The translations under genes and the position numbers were made by a program. From an uncultured delta proteobacterium (lineage in GTDB: Bacteria > Myxococcota_A > UBA9160 > PR03), in the NCBI GenBank assembly GCA_963801625.1, contig CAWDFQ010000007.1, positions 2,977-66,976 of the forward strand: DNA of 64,000 nucleotides. Direction: 5' to 3'. The first letter of the stretch is position 1. Each line of letters begins with the position of its first letter. The notes beneath the pieces are model-generated. The model did no database searches. It saw only the letters and a program-made list of their open reading frames with translations, and was not told the DNA's origin. Positions 22,187-31,549 of the stretch are shown piece after piece.

Positions 22187-23835
22187 GGTTTCTTCTCCTC
22201 GCGAAAGGCCAGATCGGCGTCCAGTCGTTCGCGCACGGCGCGCGTCTGCTCGCAGGTCTGCTCGGCGCTCCAGCCGAGTCGCGCGGCCATACGCTGCGCT
22301 ACCGGCAGCGCGATGGCCATGCGCGCATCGGGGTCGTAGAGCGCTGCCCGCGTGCGGCGATACACCACGTCGAGTGCGTCGAGCGCGCCCTCGACGTCGA
22401 TCGCCCAGTCCACTTCCCCGGTGAGCACGGCCGTGCCCGCGACGAGCGGTTCGCGACCGCGTGCGATCACTTGCTCAGCCTCGGTGCCGTAGAGCCGCGC
22501 GAGTCGCGCGGCGCTGCGCGTGTCGGCGCCGGTCACGCGCACGAGATGTTGCGCGAGGGTCTCGAGATTGCCGTCGAAGTCGCCGCCCGGGAGCGGGGTG
22601 TCTTCGTCGCGCGCTGGCGCGAGCGCGCGGCCGAGCAGCTCGGCGACGCGCGCGAGCACCTCGACGCCCATCTTGCGGTAGCCGGTGAGCTTGCCGCCCG
22701 CGATCGTGACGACCCCGCTCGGGCCGACCGCGATCTCGTCGCGCCGCGACAGCTCCGACGGCTTCTTGCCGGCTTCGGCGATCAGCGGGCGCAGTCCTGC
22801 CCAGGCGGTCACGCAATCCGCGGGACGCAGTGGCTCGATCGCCAGGTAGCGCGGCAGCGGCTCGAGCAGATACTCGACATCTTCGCGCAGCACCGGCGGC
22901 TCGGGATCGGGGCCGTGTCGGTAGCTGGTGTCGGTGGTGCCGAGGTAGACGACGTCGCCGCGCGGGATCGCAAAGATCGAGCGCTTGTCGGCCGTGCCGA
23001 GGATCGCGATCTGGCGCAGCGGAAGCCGCGCCGCCGGCACGGACACGTGTACGCCCTTCGAGAGGTGCAGCCACGGCGGCGTGTCCGGCGTTTCGAGGCG
23101 CCGCACGGCTTCGACCCAGGGGCCTGCCGCGTTGACGACGCAGCGGGCGCGCACGCGGACGCTGCGACCGGTGGCGCTGCACGACGCCACCACGCCCGCG
23201 GCGCGACCGGCTTCGAGTGTGATGCCGCTCACCGGCGCGTGGTTCAACACGACGGCTCCGCGCCGCGCCGCGTCGCGCAGGTTGGCGAGCACGAGGCGCG
23301 CGTCGTCGGTCAGGTACTCTCGGTAGATGCAGGCGTGCGGGAAGCGGTCGCGCCGCAACAGCGGTTCTTCGCGCGCGAGGTCGCCGGCGTCCCAGTTGCG
23401 ATGGCGATCGGCTTCCTCGACCGCGCCGAGTTTCTCGTAGGTAGCGAGCCCGGCGCGGAACTTGAGGAGTCCCGCGTAGGAGCGCGCGGGCACCAGCATC
23501 CAACGTCGCTCGGCGAGATGCGGCGCGAGTTGGAAGACGCGCTTGCGCTCTAGCGCGGTGTCGCGCACCAGCGTCACGTCTCCCATCGCGAGGTAGCGCA
23601 GACCGCCGTGAATCAGTTTCGACGAGCGACTCGAGGTGCCCGCCGCGAAGTCGCGCGCTTCGAGCAGTGCCACGCGTAGGCCGCGCAGCGCCGCTTCGCG
23701 CGCCACGCCCGCGCCGGTGATGCCGCCGCCGACGACGACGCAGTCGAAGTGCTCGCGCTCCAGCGCGACGAGCGTGCGCGCGCGATCCGGCGTGGAGAGC
23801 GCTGCGGGTGACGCGGGCGGCATGGGCGCGGGCAT
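22183..23835 (-). CDS. glpD: FAD-dependent glycerol-3-phosphate dehydrogenase
   Basis: Intact 550-aa ORF. It carries FDCVVVGGGITGAGVAREAALRG (dinucleotide fold) and GTSSRSSKLIHGGLRYL, which is the GlpD hallmark. It overlaps the upstream oxidase stop by 4 nt. Confidence 0.9.
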   Translation of the reverse strand: MPAPMPPASPAALSTPDRARTLVALEREHFDCVVVGGGITGAGVAREAALRGLRVALLEARDFAAGTSSRSSKLIHGGLRYLAMGDVTLVRDTALERKRVFQLAPHLAERRWMLVPARSYAGLLKFRAGLATYEKLGAVEEADRHRNWDAGDLAREEPLLRRDRFPHACIYREYLTDDARLVLANLRDAARRGAVVLNHAPVSGITLEAGRAAGVVASCSATGRSVRVRARCVVNAAGPWVEAVRRLETPDTPPWLHLSKGVHVSVPAARLPLRQIAILGTADKRSIFAIPRGDVVYLGTTDTSYRHGPDPEPPVLREDVEYLLEPLPRYLAIEPLRPADCVTAWAGLRPLIAEAGKKPSELSRRDEIAVGPSGVVTIAGGKLTGYRKMGVEVLARVAELLGRALAPARDEDTPLPGGDFDGNLETLAQHLVRVTGADTRSAARLARLYGTEAEQVIARGREPLVAGTAVLTGEVDWAIDVEGALDALDVVYRRTRAALYDPDARMAIALPVAQRMAARLGWSAEQTCEQTRAVRERLDADLAFREEKKP

Positions 23836-23906
23836 CGTATCAGAACGCTGCGCAGGACCCGCTCGAAGCTCGCAGAGGGCGCGAGGTGTTCTAGTCTCGG
23901 CGCGCC

Positions 23907-25541
23907 GTGATCCAAGCGAACGACGCCCACGCTGCTGCGCCCGACGGAGCGAGTGATCTCGCGATCGGCGCGTTCTCGGATCACGGACCGTGGTGCGTCG
24001 ATCCGGCGCGCATGACCTGGCGTCGCGGTGTGGAGGCGCTGCGCGCCGCGAGCCAATCCGAGGTGCCCGAATGGCTGCGAAGGCGGCGGCTGCCGCCGGT
24101 GCGGCGTTTCGTGCGCGCGGGCGTGCTGGTCGGCGCTGCAGTCGCGGCGTGGGGGCTCTTCGAGAAGCGGCGCGGGCCCGAGGCGTCGCGCGCCGGTCTG
24201 TCGCGGAGGCTGCGAATCGCGTTCGAGAAGCTCGGTTCGTCGTACATCAAACTCGCGCAGATCGTGTCGTCGGGGAAGGGCATCTTCCCCGACGAACTGG
24301 TCGCGGAATTCAAGAGCTGTCGCGACCGCGTGCCGCCCGAGCCGTTCTCGCACGTGCGCCAGGTGATCGAGCAGGAGCTGGGCGCGCCGCTCGAAGCGGT
24401 CTTTGCGCGCTTCGACCGGGCGCCGTTGGCGTCGGCGTCGATCGCCCAGGTGCACGCGGCGACGCTGCGCAGCGGCGAAGAAGTGGTCGTGAAGGTGCAA
24501 CGCCCGCAGGTTGCGACGCGGGTGCGCCAGGACGTGGCGGCGATGGCGTGGATCGCGCCGCTTCTCGTCGGGCGGATCCCGGTTGCGGCGCTCGCGAATC
24601 CGCCGGCGCTCGTGGAACTCTTCGCCGAGACGATCGCGGAGGAACTCGACTTCCGCCTCGAAGCCCAGAACATGCTCGACATCGCCCACGTGCTGCACGA
24701 CGCCGGCCAGACGCTGATCGTCGTGCCGCGGCCGCACCCGGAACGGGTCACACGCCGCGTACTGGTGATGGAGCGCTTGCACGGTTTCCATGCCGACGAC
24801 ATCGACGGCATGCGCGCGGCCGGCATCGACACCGCCGCGGTGTTGCGCGCACTGATGATCGCGTTCCTCGAGGGCGCGATGATCTACGGCGTTTTCCACG
24901 GCGACCTGCACGGCGGCAATCTGGTCGTGATGCGCGACGGCCGCGTGGGCCTCTTCGACTACGGAATGACCGGCCGCATGGCCGAACCGCAGCGGCTCGC
25001 GTTCCTGCGTATGATGATGACCGGAGCCGCGAACGACGTGCGCGGCCAGCTCGCCGCCTTTCGCGATCTCGGCGCGCTCGCGCCCGACGCGGACCTCGAC
25101 GAGCTGATGCGCATCCTGAAGGTCGACCAACCCGTGCGCGATCCGACCAAGATGGCGGGCGAAGAGCTGATCGCGGAGATCCAACAGGTATTGCGCGCAC
25201 TGCTGAAGAACGGCGCGCGCATGCCTAAACATTTGATGCTCTACGTGAAGAACATGCTCTTCATCGACGGCTCGATCGGTCGCTACGCGCCTGACGTGAA
25301 CCTGTTCGGTGAGCTGGCGAAGATCTACGGCTACTTCGCCGAGAAACACGGCGCTCGCATCCTGCGCGACATCGGCTTCGACCCGAGTCGTCAGGCGCTC
25401 GACCTCACCGGCGTGCGCGCCGGTCTCGGCATCGAGGGCGACGTGGACTCGCTCACGCCCGAACAGCTCCAGGCGCGGCGCGACACGATGCGCAAGAAGC
25501 TCGAGGAAGTCCGCCCGCAGCTCCGGAGCAAGCGGTCCTAG
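23907..25541 (+). CDS. ABC1/UbiB family atypical kinase
   Basis: Intact 544-aa ORF. It carries FEKLGSSYIKLAQIVSS, PLASASIAQVHAATLRSGEEVVVKVQRP and VFHGDLHGGNLVV...GLFDYG. The true start may be an internal Met near 24012. Confidence 0.85.
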   Translation: MIQANDAHAAAPDGASDLAIGAFSDHGPWCVDPARMTWRRGVEALRAASQSEVPEWLRRRRLPPVRRFVRAGVLVGAAVAAWGLFEKRRGPEASRAGLSRRLRIAFEKLGSSYIKLAQIVSSGKGIFPDELVAEFKSCRDRVPPEPFSHVRQVIEQELGAPLEAVFARFDRAPLASASIAQVHAATLRSGEEVVVKVQRPQVATRVRQDVAAMAWIAPLLVGRIPVAALANPPALVELFAETIAEELDFRLEAQNMLDIAHVLHDAGQTLIVVPRPHPERVTRRVLVMERLHGFHADDIDGMRAAGIDTAAVLRALMIAFLEGAMIYGVFHGDLHGGNLVVMRDGRVGLFDYGMTGRMAEPQRLAFLRMMMTGAANDVRGQLAAFRDLGALAPDADLDELMRILKVDQPVRDPTKMAGEELIAEIQQVLRALLKNGARMPKHLMLYVKNMLFIDGSIGRYAPDVNLFGELAKIYGYFAEKHGARILRDIGFDPSRQALDLTGVRAGLGIEGDVDSLTPEQLQARRDTMRKKLEEVRPQLRSKRS

Positions 25542-25556
25542 CGGGCGCGCCGCGCT

Positions 25557-25898
25557 TCACCACCCCGCGAGCCACTCGGCGGGCGTGCGCAGACTCGGAT
25601 CGTGGCGGGCCACGCTGCGCAGCAGATCGCGCGCCTGGCGCGGGCCGAGCGCGAGTTCGTGCTCGCGCAGGAACTCTCCCAGATGGTCGCGACAGAATGC
25701 GACGGCGTCGTCGCGCGAGAGGCGCTCGGCGTCCATGCCGAGTTCGCGCAGGCGCAGCCACAGCGCATAGCGCGGCGCCAGGCGGCCGATCCGCACCGAG
25801 ATTTCCTCGAAGAGATGGTCGAAGCGCCGGCGTCGCAACGTCGCTGCCTCCCATACCGGGAGGTGGATGGACGTGCGCGCGCGTGGCATTCCGGGCAT
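25557..25898 (-). CDS. hypothetical protein (113 aa)
   Basis: ORF-track ORF with a non-degenerate composition (FDHLFEEISVRIGRLAPRYALWLRLRELGMDAERLSRDDAVAFCRDHLGEFL). It sits 16 nt from the convergent ubiB stop. No family was recognised. Confidence 0.5.
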   Translation of the reverse strand: MPGMPRARTSIHLPVWEAATLRRRRFDHLFEEISVRIGRLAPRYALWLRLRELGMDAERLSRDDAVAFCRDHLGEFLREHELALGPRQARDLLRSVARHDPSLRTPAEWLAGW

Positions 25899-25916
25899 CC
25901 CCGGGACCGGGACACT

Positions 25917-27728
25917 TCACACTTCGAGCCCGACCGCGCGCATCAGGGCCAGCGCGTTGCTGCGCGTGACGACGCCCGCTCGCATCCGGTAGTCGAAGCG
26001 CATCACGCCGTCCTCGACCTGATCCTCGAAGTGCACGTTCGCGGCCCGGGTCCCGAGCTCGTCGGCGATCTGGGCGAGCGCGAGATCGTGGGTGGTGACG
26101 AGCCCGATCGCGCCGCGCGCGACGAGGTTGCGCACCACCGCTTCCGCGCCGATCCGGCGGTCGTGCGAGTTGGTGCCGTGCAGGATCTCGTCGAGCAGGA
26201 AGAGCACCGGGCTCGTGCCGGTGGTCAGTTCGACGACCTGTCGCAAGCGGCGGATCTCGGCGTAGAAGTGCGAATGGCCCTCCTGCAGCGAGTCGAACAC
26301 GCGCAGCGACGCGCCGACCGCGAGCGGCGACAGCACGAGACGCAGCGCGCGCACCGGTGCGCCGGCCTGCGCCAGCACCGCGGCGACGCCGACGCTGCGC
26401 AGCAGCGTGCTCTTGCCGGACATGTTGGAGCCGCTCACCAGCAGCAGGCGCGGCGCATCGCCGAGGCGCACGTCGTTGCGCACGCAGCGCGACGCGGGGA
26501 GCAGCGGGTGGCCGAGCGCTTCGGCCTCGAAGCGGGGCGATCCGTCGGACAGCTCCGGGAAGACGTCGTCCGGGTGTTCGTAGGCGTGGGTTGCGAGGGA
26601 GGCGAGCGCTTCCAGCTCGGCCGTCGCAGCGACCCAGGCTCGCAGCGCAGGGCCGCAGCGCGCGCGCCATGCGTCGATCGCGAGCGCGATCTGGGTGGTG
26701 AAGAAGAGCGCCGCGCCGAGCGGCGCGAAGAGCTGGTTGCGGCGGGCGTCGAGCACTTCGACGAGTCGCCCGAGCCGCGCAATCTGCCGCGAAGCCGGAA
26801 GACCATCCGTCGCGATCGCTTCGCGCAGCGCGACGAGCCGCGGCGCGTTGAAGCGCTGCGATTCGACGATCGCGAGCAGGCGCGCGAGCAGCGCGAGGTC
26901 ACGGGCGGGCGCTTCGGTTGCCGCGATCGTGCGGCGCACGCGGCTGCGCAGCGTCGCCGCGACGCCGCCGCCGATCGCGAGCACGGCGAGCCACGGAATC
27001 AGCAGCGGCGCGCCCGCGAGCGTGGCGGTGATGAGGGCCGCCGACAGCAACGAGAGTGCGGCGACGGTCGCCCGCAGCGCCGCAGCCGGGGCGGGCGGCG
27101 CGGACTCGCCCCAGCGCATCAGCGCTTCGGCGTGCAGACCGCTCGCGACCGACTCGCCGACCAGCGCGAGCGACTCGCGCAGGTCGAGCGCCGGGCACAG
27201 CTCTCGGACCGCTTGCTGGCGACCGCGCACTTCGTCGCTCGGCGCCGGGGCCAGCAGCCAGTGGGCGAGTGTCGCCTCGCCCGCCGCGGTGCGCGCGCGG
27301 CACAACAGCTCGAAGAGACCGGCTTTGCCGAACAGGTCGAGATCGTCGGCGTAGGGATGCTCGGGATCGCGGAAACGCTCGCCGCTGGGGCCGCGGCCGG
27401 CGAAGTTCGCATCGAGTCGCGCGGTGGCGTCTTCGTAGTAGCGGACCGAGTGCTCGCGCGCGTCGCGGCGGCGCAGCACGCGATCGTGCGCGACGACCAG
27501 CGTGAGGAAGCCGAGCGCGGGCGCGAGCAGCCAGCGCGGGTCGAGTCGCTTCGCGCCGAACGCGATCCCGGCGAGCACGACGCCGAGCGCGAACACGGCG
27601 AGACGCGCCTGCGAGATGCGCGTGGCGCATCGGCGCGCCGCCGTCGCATCGGCGCGCCGCAGCGCCAGACGCTGCTGGTACTCGGTGCGCACGCGCGCTT
27701 CGGCTTCGGGGACGCCGTCCGTAGACAT
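25917..27728 (-). CDS. MutS-related ATPase (MutS domain V only) with N-terminal transmembrane segments
   Basis: Intact 603 codons from the ATG at 27728 (MSTDGVPEAE...). TM-like stretches are LAVFALGVVLAGIAF, LLAPALGFLTLVV and LSLLSAALITATLAGAPLLIPWLAVLAIGGGV. The C-terminus has Walker A VSGSNMSGKSTLLR, Walker B LFLLDEILHGTN and TTHD. Confidence 0.8.
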   Translation of the reverse strand: MSTDGVPEAEARVRTEYQQRLALRRADATAARRCATRISQARLAVFALGVVLAGIAFGAKRLDPRWLLAPALGFLTLVVAHDRVLRRRDAREHSVRYYEDATARLDANFAGRGPSGERFRDPEHPYADDLDLFGKAGLFELLCRARTAAGEATLAHWLLAPAPSDEVRGRQQAVRELCPALDLRESLALVGESVASGLHAEALMRWGESAPPAPAAALRATVAALSLLSAALITATLAGAPLLIPWLAVLAIGGGVAATLRSRVRRTIAATEAPARDLALLARLLAIVESQRFNAPRLVALREAIATDGLPASRQIARLGRLVEVLDARRNQLFAPLGAALFFTTQIALAIDAWRARCGPALRAWVAATAELEALASLATHAYEHPDDVFPELSDGSPRFEAEALGHPLLPASRCVRNDVRLGDAPRLLLVSGSNMSGKSTLLRSVGVAAVLAQAGAPVRALRLVLSPLAVGASLRVFDSLQEGHSHFYAEIRRLRQVVELTTGTSPVLFLLDEILHGTNSHDRRIGAEAVVRNLVARGAIGLVTTHDLALAQIADELGTRAANVHFEDQVEDGVMRFDYRMRAGVVTRSNALALMRAVGLEV

Positions 27729-27817
27729 GGCGGCGGAGTCTCCCGAACTCGTCGTGCGCGCGCATCGTCCTGCCGCTAGAAGATGCGGGGGGACGCGGTA
27801 CGGTCCGTCCGCTGGAG

Positions 27818-29220
27818 GTGATGGTGGATCGTTTCGCCGCGCGCGAAGTCGCCTGGATCGCTGGTCTGGCGCTGCTCGTTGCCGCGGGTGCAACGGCGCA
27901 GCAGCCAGCGCGGCCGCTGGTGATTCCGATCGGGCGCACGACGCTCGAACTCGGCGCCGGCTATGACTCGGAGCAGGGCGCCGCGCGCGGCGAGCTGGGC
28001 GCATGCGTGATCCCTGGAGAGCCCACGCGCCGCGAGGGCGCAGGGGCGAACTATTCGATCGCGACGCTCACGCGCGTCGGTGGCCGGCTCGTCGTCGGCG
28101 TGCACGTCTCGGCGCCGCTCTTCGTCGACGTGCTGCCGAGTGCGCGCATCATCGGATGCCGCGCGCCGCCTGCAGCAGGCCGCGCCCGACGACTTCCGCG
28201 AACTGTGCGGCGACGGCTTCGTCGCCGCACAAACGATCGGCGACCACTTCCTCGCCGAGGTCGAAGTGGATCGCAAGGATGTGTTGCATGCGCGCACGCA
28301 TCTCCAGGCTGGAACCTGGACGGATCCCGAACCGTTTCGTCAGGCGCTCGCAGCGCTCGTCGAACACCATCAGGTGGCGGTCCGCGAACTGCCCGGCGGC
28401 AGTCGCGCCGCGGCGCGTCCGCTGACGGTCGAAGCGCTGCTGAGTCGCGCCCTGGCGTTCCCCGCCAGCGTCACGCCGGAGAACGCACGGCCGTATCTCG
28501 CGGCCTTCGAGCCCTACAGCCGCGACTCCTTCGCGGGGATGCCGCTGCCGGAGCCGGGCGAGCTCGCGGGGACTGAGGTTGCGGAAGAGGTCTTCCGCGA
28601 ACGCGGTGGGCGCCCGCGGAGCACGGCGGCGGCTCGGGCCGCCGACATGCGCGCCGCACAGGTGCATCGGACGGAGCCCGAAGAGCCGCCGTCGGTCCCG
28701 CTCGATCGCGGTGCTTCGAGAGCGGCCCGCGTACGCGGAGCAGTCCGAACCGGTGGCCGCGACCGCGAGCGAGCTTCGCGCCGAACGCGCGGTCCCGCGG
28801 CCGGCTGCGCCCGCGCCCGAAGCGGCGTCCGCAGCGCCGCAGCTCCACTCCCAGCCAGCGCTCGTGTTTGCGGCGGAGGGAGAGCTGCCAGTCTTCGCCA
28901 CCACGCACGCGCCTGGTGGCGTCTACGCCGAGCGCGTGCGCCAGCGCGACTACTGGGTTCCGGGTGCGGCCAGCGCCACCCCTGCGGTGAAGCGCGCGAT
29001 CGAGCGGGCTCGCGCCGAGTCGCCGGCGCGCGGAACCACGGTGGTGTTCGCCCAGGTGGGCACCGCGACGGTCGTGATGACCGACGCAGCACCCGCCGGC
29101 GAGACGCACAGCGAAGCGGCAGGTGAGCGGCGCGCTTGGATCGCCGGCGTCGCTGCGCCGAATGCGGCCCAGCGAGCGGCGATCGCAGCGGCGATCGAGG
29201 CCGAAGCGCGCGCGCAGTGA
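27818..29220 (+). pseudogene. secreted hypothetical protein, frame disrupted about twice
   Basis: It has a signal-like N-terminus, VAWIAGLALLVAAGATAQQ. The sequence continues in ORF 28080..29126 (DDFRELCGDGFVAAQTIGDHFLAEVEVDRKDVLHA...) and then ORF 28579..29220 (...VFAQVGTATVVMTDAAPAGE...AIEAEARAQ*). No family was recognised. Confidence 0.5.
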
Positions 29221-29258
29221 CGACGAAGCGCCGACGCGCCTAGAATGCGGCTAGTTCC

Positions 29259-29367
29259 TGATCCAGAGGGCCAGGCGCTTCGCGCCTCGCTCGATGATCC
29301 AGAGGGCCAGGCGCTTCGCGCCCTGCGTCATGATCCCGAGGGCCCGGCGCGTTGCGCCCTGGTCTCA
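29259..29367. repeat. three tandem copies of a 36-bp unit immediately upstream of the radical SAM gene
   Basis: R1 is 29259-29294, R2 is 29295-29330 and R3 is 29331-29367. The unit is TGATCCAGAGGGCCAGGCGCTTCGCGCC(n8). R1 and R2 match at 31 of 36 positions. Each unit holds a short GC hairpin (AGGCGC-TTC-GCGCCT in R1). An AAGGAGG RBS at 29378-29384 and GTG 29391 follow directly. Confidence 0.9.
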
Positions 29368-29390
29368 GCCAGCTCACAAGGAGGGGCGCC

Positions 29391-30959
29391 GTGCGCGTTC
29401 TGCTGATCAATCCGTCATACCCGTTCGAAGAGTTTCCGCGTCTCCTGGTGACGCTGCCCTACCTGGCCGCCGCGCTGCGTTCCGAAGGCCACGAGGTGGA
29501 GATCCTCGACCTGCTGCTGGCGCGCACCACGCCCGACAAGATCGAGCGGCGCATCGAGCGCTTCCGGCCGCAGGCCGTCGGCATCACCTCGGTCACGCTG
29601 AACCACCACATCGCCGAGGGTATCGCGGAGGTGGTGCGCAAGTGCGACGAGCGCGTGCCGATCGTGATGGGCGGCCCGCACGTCTCCTTCGAGATCGAAG
29701 GTTCGTTCCGGCGCCTCCCCGCCCTCGACTACATCGCGATCGGAGAGGGCGAGCACACGCTGCGCGAACTGGTGCGTTCCCTCGAAGGCCGCATGGACGT
29801 GCGCGACGTGCGCGGTCTCGCGGGCATCGACCGCAGCACCGGCCGCGCCTGGAAGAACGCCCCGCGCCCGCTCGAAGACGATCTCGACACGCTTCCCAAT
29901 CCGGCGCGCGATCTGGTGCCGCTGGCGCGCTATCTCGCGTTCGACAGCCATGCGAGCGTGGTCACCAGCCGCGGCTGTCCCTACGAGTGCATCTTCTGCT
30001 CGGCGCCCGCCTGGACCGGACGCAAGGTCCGCTACCGCGATCCCGTGCAGTGTGTGGACGAGATCGAAGACCTGGCACGCCTGGGCTTCACCGAGATCAC
30101 CATTGAGGACGATCTGTTCACGCTCTACCGCAAGCACTTCCTCGCGGTCTGCGGCGAGCTGATCGATCGCAACACGGGGATCCGCTGGAACGCGTTCTCG
30201 CGCGTGGACACGATCACGCCCGAAATCGTCGGCACGATGGCGCGCGCCGGCTGCCAGGCGATCTGCTTCGGCGTCGAGAGCGGAAGCCAGGAAGTCCTCG
30301 ACCTCGTCAAGAAGAACTCGAGCCTCGCCAACGTGAAGGAAGCGATGCGGATGACGAAGGAGGCGGGTATCAGCGCGCTCGCGTCGTTCATCGTCGGGCT
30401 GCCCGGCGAGACCGACGAGACGCTGCGCCAGACCGTCGAGTTCGCCGAGGAGCTGAAACACGAGTTCGGATCGCTCTACGGCTTCCACATCCTGTCGCCA
30501 TTCCCAGGCACTGAAGTGCGCGAGAAGGCCGCCGAGTACGGCCTCGAGATCCTCAACAGCGACTGGACGAAATACGACGCCAACCACGTCGTGTCGCGCA
30601 CGTCGGGTGCCAGCCCCGAGGCGATCCAGGCGGTGTCCGACGCCTACGAGAACACCATCGAGCGCTACGTCGCGTACCAGGATCATCTGGTCGCGACGGG
30701 TCAGCTCTCGGGCTACGAGCTGAAGACCTACCGGCGCCGCAAGCGGCAGTCGCTGCTCTGGAAGCTGCTGCTCGACGAGGTGATCGAGACGCTGCCGGTG
30801 CTGCGCGGCGACGCGCCCGCCGAATTGACCCGCCACATCGTCGAAGCGACGGGTGCACGGCCCCCGATCGTGGCAGAAGAAGTCGCGCGTGTTCTCGAGC
30901 TCGGGGCGCTGGTCGCGGACACCACCCCGGAAGGCGTGCGGTACCGCTGGGCGGAATGA
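29391..30959 (+). CDS. B12-binding domain radical SAM protein (class B)
   Basis: Intact. The start is GTG 29391, preceded by AAGGAGG. The N-terminal Rossmann-like B12 domain is VRVLLINPSY...VGITSVT...PIVMGGPHVS. The radical SAM cluster motif is SRGCPYECIFCS. About 130 aa of unassigned C-terminal extension follow. Confidence 0.85.
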   Translation: MRVLLINPSYPFEEFPRLLVTLPYLAAALRSEGHEVEILDLLLARTTPDKIERRIERFRPQAVGITSVTLNHHIAEGIAEVVRKCDERVPIVMGGPHVSFEIEGSFRRLPALDYIAIGEGEHTLRELVRSLEGRMDVRDVRGLAGIDRSTGRAWKNAPRPLEDDLDTLPNPARDLVPLARYLAFDSHASVVTSRGCPYECIFCSAPAWTGRKVRYRDPVQCVDEIEDLARLGFTEITIEDDLFTLYRKHFLAVCGELIDRNTGIRWNAFSRVDTITPEIVGTMARAGCQAICFGVESGSQEVLDLVKKNSSLANVKEAMRMTKEAGISALASFIVGLPGETDETLRQTVEFAEELKHEFGSLYGFHILSPFPGTEVREKAAEYGLEILNSDWTKYDANHVVSRTSGASPEAIQAVSDAYENTIERYVAYQDHLVATGQLSGYELKTYRRRKRQSLLWKLLLDEVIETLPVLRGDAPAELTRHIVEATGARPPIVAEEVARVLELGALVADTTPEGVRYRWAE

Positions 30960-31549
30960 GAGAATCGCTGCGTTGTGACGCGATCGTCGTCGGTTCGGGC
31001 GCTGGCGGCGCGCCCGTGGCAGCGGCGCTCGCGGAGGCCGGGCTCGACGTCGTCGTGCTGGAAGCCGGTGCGCGCTTCGAGACGCGCGACTTCAGCGGCG
31101 AAGAGGGCGAGATGATCGCCCGGCTGATGACCGCGAAGGGCTCCGCGCTGGTGAGCCGGGTGCCGGACGCGGAGGCGCGCGGGGCGCGTGTCGTGCCGCT
31201 CGCGCGCGCCGACCGCATCGAGGTGGCCGGCGGCGGCGTGCGCGCCGTGCAGGCGACACGACTCGACCCGCGCACGCGCCAGCCGGTCGGGTTTCGGCGC
31301 CGAGCACGAACGCGTGATGGAGGCGCTGCCGTACCTGGCGCGCGCGGTCGTGGTGCTGCACAGGGATTCTGCGACGAGAGCGGTCGCGCCTTCGACGTGG
31401 CCGGTCTCTACGTCACCGATGCGGCGGCGTTGCCGAGCAACACCGGCGCGAATCCGCAGATCACGATCATGGCCAACGCGCTGCGCATTGCGGGCGGGAT
31501 CACCGCGGCTCGCGGTGGGCGTCGATCCGACGAGGAGAGCGTTCGGTGA
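30956..31549 (+). pseudogene. GMC-family oxidoreductase remnant with large internal deletions
   Basis: The 197-aa ORF keeps the N-terminal FAD fold DAIVVGSGAGGAPVAAALAEAGLDVVVLEAG and the GMC C-terminal block LYVTDAAALPSNTGANPQITIMANALRIA. It lacks about 300 residues expected between them. A middle block (ARAVVVL) is readable only in another frame. Confidence 0.65.

Noticed and set aside
29259-29367. CRISPR array
   Set aside because: The three 36-bp units are directly adjacent with no spacers, and no cas genes are nearby. It is a simple tandem repeat.
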